Below are positions 57,454 through 64,000 of a stretch of 64,000 nucleotides of DNA, piece after piece. The notes under the pieces are model-generated. The model was not told where the DNA came from. It did not search any database and saw only the letters and a list, made by a program, of their open reading frames with translations. This stretch comes from Rhodanobacteraceae bacterium. Its GTDB lineage: Bacteria; Pseudomonadota; Gammaproteobacteria; Xanthomonadales; Rhodanobacteraceae. The stretch is taken from assembly GCA_030167125.1 (NCBI GenBank), contig CP126531.1, forward strand, positions 2,394,578 through 2,458,577, in the 5' to 3' direction. A program made the translations under genes and the position numbers. Position 1 is the stretch's first letter, and each line of letters opens with the position of its first letter.

Positions 57454-58200
57454 ATGAAGATTCTGGTCGGTTACAAGCGCGTGGTCGACTACAACGTGCG
57501 CATCCAGGTGAAGCCGGACGGCACGGGCGTGGTCACCGACGGCGTGAAACTGTCGCCCAATCCGTTCGACGACATCGCGCTGGAAGAGGCGCTGCGCCTG
57601 CGCGAGAAAGGCATCGCCGGGGAAGTGGTGATCGCGACGATCGCGCCGGCCGACGCGCAGCCGCACCTGCGCAATGGCCTCGCGATGGGCGCCAACCGCG
57701 CGATCCACGTGGTCACGCCCGATCCGGTGCAGCCGCTGGCCGCCGCGCGCACCTTCCTGAAACTGATCGAATCGGTGCAGCCCGGCCTCGTGATCCTGGG
57801 CAAGCAAGCGATCGACGACGACTGCAACCAGACCGGCCAGATGCTGGCCGCGTTGTGGGACCGGCCGCAGGCGACGTTCGCGTCGAAGCTGGAAATATCC
57901 GGCGACAAGGCGAAGGTGACGCGCGAGGTCGATGCAGGTCTCGAGACCATCGAGGTCGATCTGCCCGCGGTCGTCACCACCGACCTGCGCCTGAACGAGC
58001 CGCGCTTCATCAAGCTGCCGGACATCATGAAAGCCAAGTCCAAGCCGATCGAGACGATCGAGTTGTCCACGCTCGGCATCGAGCACGGCGGCGAGATCAA
58101 GACCACGCAGTACGCGCCGCCGCCCAAGCGCTCGCGCGGCGTGATGGTGAAGGACGTCGCCGAACTGGTAGGGCTGTTGAAGCAGAAAGGATTGGTTTGA
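57454..58200 (+). CDS. etfB: electron transfer flavoprotein beta subunit
   Basis: MKILVGYKRVVDYNVRIQVKPDGTGVVTDGVKLSPNPFDDIALEEALRL, with AAGGAG 8 nt upstream of the ATG at 57454. Confidence 0.95.
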   Translation: MKILVGYKRVVDYNVRIQVKPDGTGVVTDGVKLSPNPFDDIALEEALRLREKGIAGEVVIATIAPADAQPHLRNGLAMGANRAIHVVTPDPVQPLAAARTFLKLIESVQPGLVILGKQAIDDDCNQTGQMLAALWDRPQATFASKLEISGDKAKVTREVDAGLETIEVDLPAVVTTDLRLNEPRFIKLPDIMKAKSKPIETIELSTLGIEHGGEIKTTQYAPPPKRSRGVMVKDVAELVGLLKQKGLV

Positions 58201-58230
58201 TTGATGGCTCTCATCGCCGAGAACCGTTGA

Positions 58231-58341
58231 TCGTCATTCCGGGGCCGTTCGCGGCTTCATCGCGAACGGAATCCGGAATCGGTTTTCTGACCGAACGAAA
58301 CCGATTCCGGGTCCCGCGCTGCGCGCGACCCGGAATGACGA
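58231..58341. repeat. nested-palindrome MITE-like element between etfB and etfA
   Basis: Terminal IRs are tcgtcattccgggg and ccccggaatgacga (right arm written as reverse complement). The internal stems are ccgttcgcg/cgcgaacgg (58245-58269) and the 13-bp pair ccggaatcggttt/aaaccgattccgg (58273-58310). Confidence 0.75.
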
Positions 58342-58389
58342 ACAGAAGAGGAAGGCTCCGCTCCCGTATTTCAAGCAGGACACGTACCC

Positions 58390-59334
58390 ATGAGCAAAAT
58401 CCTGATCGTCGCCGAACATCTCAACGGCCAACTCAACACCTCGACCGCACGCTGCGTGACTTGCGCGCGCGAGATCAAACCGGACGCGATCGACGTTCTG
58501 GTACTGGCCGATGCGCCCGACGCCATTGCCGCGCAAGCCGCGAAACTCGATGGCGTTTCGAAAGTGTTGACGGTCGCGCGGGGCGAAAACGCGCACGCGC
58601 TGGCTGCCGTGCTGGTGCCGCAGATCGCCGCCGCCGCGAAGAACGGCTACACACATGTGCTGTTTCCATCCACGACTTTCGGCAAGGACGTCGCGCCGCG
58701 CGTGGCCGCGCTGCTGGGCGTCGGCCAGGTCAGCGACATCATGTCGGTATCGAACGCGCATGCGTTCACGCGCCCGATCTACGCGGGCAATGCCATCGTG
58801 ACCGTGGAAGCGCCGAACAACGCCATCGTGGTCGGTACCGTGCGCACCGCGTCGTGGCCGGCGGTCGGCGAAGCCGCGAACGCCGCGCCGGTCGAAGCGC
58901 TGTCCATCGACGCGACGATTCCATCGCACACGCGTTTCGTGGAATTGAAACAGGCGTCCAGCGAACGCCCAGACCTGCAGAGTGCATCAAGGGTCGTGTC
59001 GGGCGGCCGCGGGCTGGGTTCGAAGGAAAACTTCGAGATCATCTACAAGCTCGCCGACAAGTTGCACGCCGCCGCCGGCGCCTCGCGCGCAGCGGTGGAC
59101 GCGGGCTACTGCCCCAACGACATGCAGGTCGGCCAGACCGGCAAGATCATCGCGCCGGAGTTGTACATGGCCATCGGCATTTCCGGCGCCATCCAGCACC
59201 TGACCGGCATCAAGGACGCCGGCACCATCGTCGCGATCAACAAGGACGCCGACGCGCCGATCTTCGAAGTCGCCGACATCGGCCTCGTCGGCGACTTGTT
59301 CAAGCTGGTGCCGGAGCTGGAAGCGGCGGTGTGA
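58390..59334 (+). CDS. etfA: electron transfer flavoprotein alpha subunit
   Basis: 314 aa, with the C-terminal FAD-binding region ...[41 protein letters not shown]. Confidence 0.95.
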   Translation: MSKILIVAEHLNGQLNTSTARCVTCAREIKPDAIDVLVLADAPDAIAAQAAKLDGVSKVLTVARGENAHALAAVLVPQIAAAAKNGYTHVLFPSTTFGKDVAPRVAALLGVGQVSDIMSVSNAHAFTRPIYAGNAIVTVEAPNNAIVVGTVRTASWPAVGEAANAAPVEALSIDATIPSHTRFVELKQASSERPDLQSASRVVSGGRGLGSKENFEIIYKLADKLHAAAGASRAAVDAGYCPNDMQVGQTGKIIAPELYMAIGISGAIQHLTGIKDAGTIVAINKDADAPIFEVADIGLVGDLFKLVPELEAAV

Positions 59335-59354
59335 GGAACATACCGGCGGCAGGC

Positions 59355-61595
59355 CTACGGCAGCATTGTCCACCCACCGGTGGGATAGGGGTGGAAATAT
59401 ACGCCCTTGTACACACCCGTGGATGCTCCGGGCCACATTACAAGCTGGCTTCGGTTGTACCAGACAATGTCGAGAAGCCCATCACCATTGAAGTCACCTG
59501 ACGTCCCGAACTTCCACTCTGGCGTCACCGCGATCAACCATGATTTGGTCAACTGGGTGCCGCTCATGATCCAGTACGCAAAGTGGGTTTGAGAGTTGTC
59601 GCGCCACAACAGGTCAGCCTTGTGGTCGCCATTGACATCGCCTGTTCCCAACAATGTCCAGCCTACGGGGTACGTGTGCGTCGCGGCTGCTTGGAACGCC
59701 CCATTGCTGAACGCCATCCACATCTGCATCGCCGAGCCGTTCGTCAAGAGCAGATCGACTTTGCCATCGCCGTCGAAGTCGCCAGTTCCAAGGTACCGCC
59801 AGCCGCTGGCCAGCGTCTGGCGATAGCTCGCCATCATCGTGGAACCACTCATCAACCATTCGGCCACTTGATTGCTTTTGGTCCATACGAGATCGGTGAA
59901 ACCATCACCGTTGAGGTCACCGGTTCCTACCACCGTCCAGCCCGTTGGATACCCACCCATGTAAACGCTGGTGAAAGACGAACCATTGCCGATCCACATG
60001 TACATGCTCGTCCCGTCAGTCCAGATGACATCCATTTTTCCGTCGCCATTGAAATCGCCGGTGGCAACGAATTTGTATGTGGTAGACGTCGGAATCGCGA
60101 GGCTTGCCGCGAGCTGCGTTCCATTCATGAGCCAGTACGCAAATTGCGATCCATTGGTCGACTGCCAAATCAAATCCGATTTGCCGTCACCATTCACATC
60201 GTTGTGCACGTAAGTCGATGTTGGCGTCGAACCCACCATCGTCGGCTCGAAGGACGCGATCATCGCCGCCGTGTTGTTCATGCTGTGCGCATTGTCGGCA
60301 GAATTCGAAGGGTTGCTGTCCGCCACGCCGCAGGGCGTGTTCTGGCAAGTCGAGATATTCGGATTCGAAAACACAGCCAGCGGTGTGGTCGTGGTAGTGC
60401 CGTACGCCATGATGGTCGCGAAGCCATTGGGACCATTGCCTTGGTACCCGTAAGAGTAAGAGTAAGCACCGGGCTCCGTAGCATTGGCCCGATCATGGGC
60501 GTCGCCCATGTTGTGACCCAGTTCATGCGCGAACGTGGTGTCCAGGCAATAAACCGCTTGGCCACTGCTGTTGGTGCTCGTGCCATCGCTTACAACGTTG
60601 TAACCATAGACATTTGACTGCTGCGTAATCGGGGTCTGGTTGCCGCCGATCAACCAACCCACTCCGCAACCGTTCTGCGTGGTGTCGTCGAAACTGCGGA
60701 TCAACGTGACGAGATCGGCACCATATTGAACGCGTAAAGTGGCAATGCTCTGCAGTGAGGCCGGTATCGTCACGGGATTGCCGTTTTCGTCAATGCCGGT
60801 GATGTCGTCCAGAGCACTCTGGTTATCCGTGTTGTCGGGATAGTTGACCTCGACGGTATTCACCAACCTGATCTGCTGATTGACTCCGCTGTTGGTGTAG
60901 GCGGTATTGGTGATATCGACAAGATTCTGGATGCGCGTCAAGGCGAGGCTCTGGCTGCCAAACTCCGTCACGAAACCGGGGGTGTACGCCACCATCACGT
61001 CGATGGTAATCGAGCCGGTCGCCGCCGCCTGCACTGGGGCGCTCGCAGCGGCGCTGGTCGCCGTCGCGTTGGACTCCTTGGGCGCTATGCGCGGTGGAAT
61101 GACATAGTCGGGTTTGCTGTACAAGCGAAGCGCCTCTGCCGAACGCGCCATGGCTTGCGCAAAAGTCTCGACCACAGTTGTCTCCCCCTTGCGGGTCGTG
61201 ATGCGCAACGGGTAACCGGAAGCTTGTGGAATGCGGCCGAATGCGCCGTCCTTGCCAAAAGTCAGGACCACCGACTGGTCGCCATGCACGGTCGACACCG
61301 TACCGACCCAGGTCCACGTTCCGTTGTCATGCAGGATGTGGCGCTGGTACTTCGCGTAAATCCGCCCGCCGGCGGGGTTGGGCAGCCACATGCCACCTTT
61401 GAAGATGGAATCGAACGCCTGGTTCTCATCGACCTTGATCTGCCAGGATTTCTGCACGCCCTGCCCAAGGACGGTCGGTTTTCCGGAGCTCAGCGTGAAC
61501 AGCGTCGGTTGGGTCTGGGCCAGCGCGGGTGCGGCGGCCAGGATCAACAGCAAGCCGAACACGCGGCCGAGGGTGTGCATGGAATGGCGCGACAT
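59355..61595 (-). CDS. secreted reprolysin-like (M12B) zinc metalloprotease fused to an FG-GAP/VCBS repeat beta-propeller region
   Basis: Signal peptide ...AAAPALAQ and the zinc site HELGHNMGDAHD. Six repeats of the type GDFNGDGKxDxxW occur in the C-terminal 300 aa. G+C is visibly lower than in the neighbouring genes. Confidence 0.88.
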   Translation of the reverse strand: MSRHSMHTLGRVFGLLLILAAAPALAQTQPTLFTLSSGKPTVLGQGVQKSWQIKVDENQAFDSIFKGGMWLPNPAGGRIYAKYQRHILHDNGTWTWVGTVSTVHGDQSVVLTFGKDGAFGRIPQASGYPLRITTRKGETTVVETFAQAMARSAEALRLYSKPDYVIPPRIAPKESNATATSAAASAPVQAAATGSITIDVMVAYTPGFVTEFGSQSLALTRIQNLVDITNTAYTNSGVNQQIRLVNTVEVNYPDNTDNQSALDDITGIDENGNPVTIPASLQSIATLRVQYGADLVTLIRSFDDTTQNGCGVGWLIGGNQTPITQQSNVYGYNVVSDGTSTNSSGQAVYCLDTTFAHELGHNMGDAHDRANATEPGAYSYSYGYQGNGPNGFATIMAYGTTTTTPLAVFSNPNISTCQNTPCGVADSNPSNSADNAHSMNNTAAMIASFEPTMVGSTPTSTYVHNDVNGDGKSDLIWQSTNGSQFAYWLMNGTQLAASLAIPTSTTYKFVATGDFNGDGKMDVIWTDGTSMYMWIGNGSSFTSVYMGGYPTGWTVVGTGDLNGDGFTDLVWTKSNQVAEWLMSGSTMMASYRQTLASGWRYLGTGDFDGDGKVDLLLTNGSAMQMWMAFSNGAFQAAATHTYPVGWTLLGTGDVNGDHKADLLWRDNSQTHFAYWIMSGTQLTKSWLIAVTPEWKFGTSGDFNGDGLLDIVWYNRSQLVMWPGASTGVYKGVYFHPYPTGGWTMLP

Positions 61596-61827
61596 GACGG
61601 CTTCCGCGATTGTGAAGATGCGTCTTTATACCAGCGTGTTGCCCTGCGAACTTCGTCGTTTCGCGCACAATTCAGGCAGGGTTGCCGACAGCGCTTCGAA
61701 GCGGGGCGGGAATCACAGCCGCCGCGTGCACTGCCGCACCGGCGTTGCGTGCTGAAGGCCCCATCGGCGGGACGGACCTCGCGGGCCGTTCCGTTACAAT
61801 TCCGCCGTTTCCCCGTGTGGACTTTGC

Positions 61828-63786
61828 ATGTCGAGCGACGCACCGCTGTGGACCCCAAGCCCCGAACGCCGGGATGCCACCAACCTGCACCGGTTCGTTC
61901 GCTTCGTGCGTGAAGCCACGGGCAATGCCGATATCGGCAGTTACCAGCCGCTCTACGACTTCTCCATCCGCCATCCGGAGAAGTTCTGGCCGCTGGTGTG
62001 GGAGTTCTGCGGCATCCGCGCCAGCGGTGATTTCGAACCGGCGCTGGTCGATGGCGACAAGATGCCCGGCGCGCGCTGGTTTCCGAACGTGCAGCTCAAC
62101 TTCGCGCAGAACCTGCTGCGCTTCCGGGACGACAAGCCGGCGCTGATCTTCCGCAACGAATGGGGCCACGCGCGCGAGATCAGCTACGCGCAATTGCACG
62201 CGAACGTCGGGCGCATCGCCCACGCGTTGAAGCAGTCGGGGGTGGGCAAGGGCGATCGCGTGGCGGGCTTCCTGCCGAACCTGCCGGAAACCGTCATCGC
62301 GATGCTGGCCACGACCTCGCTGGGCGCGATCTGGTCGTCCGCGTCGCCGGATTTCGGCGTCAACGGCATCGTCGATCGTTTTGGCCAGATCGAGCCGAAA
62401 GTCTTGTTCTGCGCGGACGCTTACGCCTACGGCGGCAAGCGCCACGATTGCCTCGCCAAGGTGCGCGAAGTGCTGGCGGCGATCCCGTCGATCGAAAAGT
62501 GCGTGGTGATTCCCTATTCCGGCGAGCCGCTGCCACTCGACGGCCTGCGCGACGCCGTGAATTGGGACGCCTTCGCCGGCAACGACGATCATCCGCCGGA
62601 ATTCGTGCCGACGCCGTTCGACCACCCGCTCTACATCATGTATTCCTCCGGCACGACCGGAAAACCCAAGTGCATCGTGCACGGCGCCGGCGGCACGCTG
62701 CTGCAGCACTTGAAGGAACTGGTGCTGCACACCGACCTGAAGCGCGAAGACCACATCTTCTACTACACCACTTGCGGCTGGATGATGTGGAACTGGCTTG
62801 TATCCAGCCTCGCGGTGGGTGCGGCGCTGGTGCTGTACGACGGCTCGCCCACGTATCCCGATGGCAATGCCTTGTGGAATCTGGCCGACGAGGTGGGCAT
62901 CAGCGTCTTCGGCACCAGCGCCAAGTGGATCGACGCCACCGCGAAGATGGGCGTGAAGCCGCGCGAAACGCACAAGCTCATCCCCTTGAAAGCCATCCTC
63001 TCGACCGGCTCGCCGCTGGCGCCCGAAAGCTTCGACTACGTCTATCGTGACGTGAAGGAGAACGTGCAGCTGGCCTCCATCTCCGGCGGCACCGACATCA
63101 TTTCCTGCTTCGCGCTGGGCAATCCGCTGCTGCCCGTGTATCGCGGCGAACTGCAATGCCGCGGCCTGGGCATGAAGGTCGAAATCCTCGACGAGGCGGG
63201 CCAGCCCGTGCGCGAACAGCCGGGCGAACTGTCCTGCGCCGCGCCTTTCCCGTCGATGCCGGTGAAGTTCTGGAACGATCCCGAAGGCGAAAAATATTAC
63301 GCGGCCTACTTTTTCAAAATCCCCGGCGTGTGGTGCCACGGCGATCGCGCCGAATTGACCAGGCACGACGGCATCATCATCTACGGGCGCTCCGACGCCA
63401 CCCTCAATCCCGGCGGCGTGCGCATCGGCACCGCGGAAATCTACCGGCAGGTGGAACAACTGCCCGAGGTGCTGGAATCCGTCGCGGTCGGGCAGCACTG
63501 GCAGGGCGACGAACGCATCGTGCTGTTCGTGCGGCTGCGCGAAGGCCTGACGCTGGACGACGCATTGCGCGACAAGATCAAGAAACAGATCCGCGACAAC
63601 ACCACCCCGCGCCACGTACCCGCCAAGATCCTGCAAGTGGCGGACATTCCGCGCACCATCTCAGGCAAGATTTCCGAACTCGCGGTGCGCGCCGTGATCC
63701 ACGGCGAGCAGGTGAAGAACACCGATGCGTTAGCGAATCCGGGGGCGCTGGCCTTGTTCCGTAATCGACCAGAGCTGAGGGTTTGA
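61828..63786 (+). CDS. acetoacetate--CoA ligase (acetoacetyl-CoA synthetase)
   Basis: 652 aa. The N-terminus is [22 protein letters not shown]...[12 protein letters not shown], and the AMP-binding motif is [10 protein letters not shown]. Confidence 0.93.
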   Translation: MSSDAPLWTPSPERRDATNLHRFVRFVREATGNADIGSYQPLYDFSIRHPEKFWPLVWEFCGIRASGDFEPALVDGDKMPGARWFPNVQLNFAQNLLRFRDDKPALIFRNEWGHAREISYAQLHANVGRIAHALKQSGVGKGDRVAGFLPNLPETVIAMLATTSLGAIWSSASPDFGVNGIVDRFGQIEPKVLFCADAYAYGGKRHDCLAKVREVLAAIPSIEKCVVIPYSGEPLPLDGLRDAVNWDAFAGNDDHPPEFVPTPFDHPLYIMYSSGTTGKPKCIVHGAGGTLLQHLKELVLHTDLKREDHIFYYTTCGWMMWNWLVSSLAVGAALVLYDGSPTYPDGNALWNLADEVGISVFGTSAKWIDATAKMGVKPRETHKLIPLKAILSTGSPLAPESFDYVYRDVKENVQLASISGGTDIISCFALGNPLLPVYRGELQCRGLGMKVEILDEAGQPVREQPGELSCAAPFPSMPVKFWNDPEGEKYYAAYFFKIPGVWCHGDRAELTRHDGIIIYGRSDATLNPGGVRIGTAEIYRQVEQLPEVLESVAVGQHWQGDERIVLFVRLREGLTLDDALRDKIKKQIRDNTTPRHVPAKILQVADIPRTISGKISELAVRAVIHGEQVKNTDALANPGALALFRNRPELRV

Positions 63787-64000
63787 TAAGCAGGGGCACG
63801 ACCCGGTATGACAGAGGCTGAATCCGCTACGGCCCGACTGATAGCGACTTAGTTGACCGACTTGGTCACCGAGACAGCCTCTGGATGTCTACCCCCAGAA
63901 ACTCCACGCCGAAGCCGGCGGTTTTAACCACCCGGTATTGTACGTTGGTGTCATTCCTGCCTATGACGAACTCCAATCTGGTTTGGAGGGGTCCTGTTCC

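Overview
High-G+C chromosomal segment. Gene content (Oar-like TonB-dependent receptor, tryptophan-halogenase homologue, LemA/M48 pair, Mla/Pqi-type transporter) and the style of the intergenic palindromes suggest a Xanthomonadales/Lysobacterales-type gammaproteobacterium; that assignment is inference only. About 50 CDS are supportable, mostly housekeeping or accessory metabolism: pgk, a GH39 / TonB-dependent receptor / GH144-like glycan cluster, yadGH-type ABC exporter, queF, an ECF sigma/anti-sigma pair, an OMF-MFP-RND efflux operon, zapE, acpH, lemA-M48, gcvTH, an mlaFED/pqiC-like cluster, amidase, ETF-QO, etfBA, an S9 peptidase and acetoacetyl-CoA synthetase. I found no rRNA, tRNA or CRISPR, and I see no recognisable defence or secretion system. 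The unusual content falls into five groups. (1) Two identical IS5-family copies lie in head-to-tail tandem sharing a CTAA target. They split a small secreted-protein gene on a low-G+C islet, and that gene can be rebuilt codon-exactly. (2) An IS1595-family element with an 8-bp target duplication sits exactly on the GTGA stop/start overlap of an arsR-SRPBCC operon. (3) A MetJ-like repressor has its C-terminal helix replaced by a roughly 80-residue histone-H1-like Lys/Ala tail, and two tandem met-box-like octamers lie upstream. (4) A 658-bp non-coding block consists of many stem-loops with variable stems but conserved CA-TCC(C/A)-TG loops and mirror-image three-hairpin ends. (5) Several families of REP/MITE-like palindromes show compensatory stem changes. 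Some of them split operons (etfB/etfA, lemA/M48, MFP/RND), and one sits in frame inside an ATP-grasp CDS. Many long ORFs in the six-frame track are GC-driven shadow frames and were rejected.
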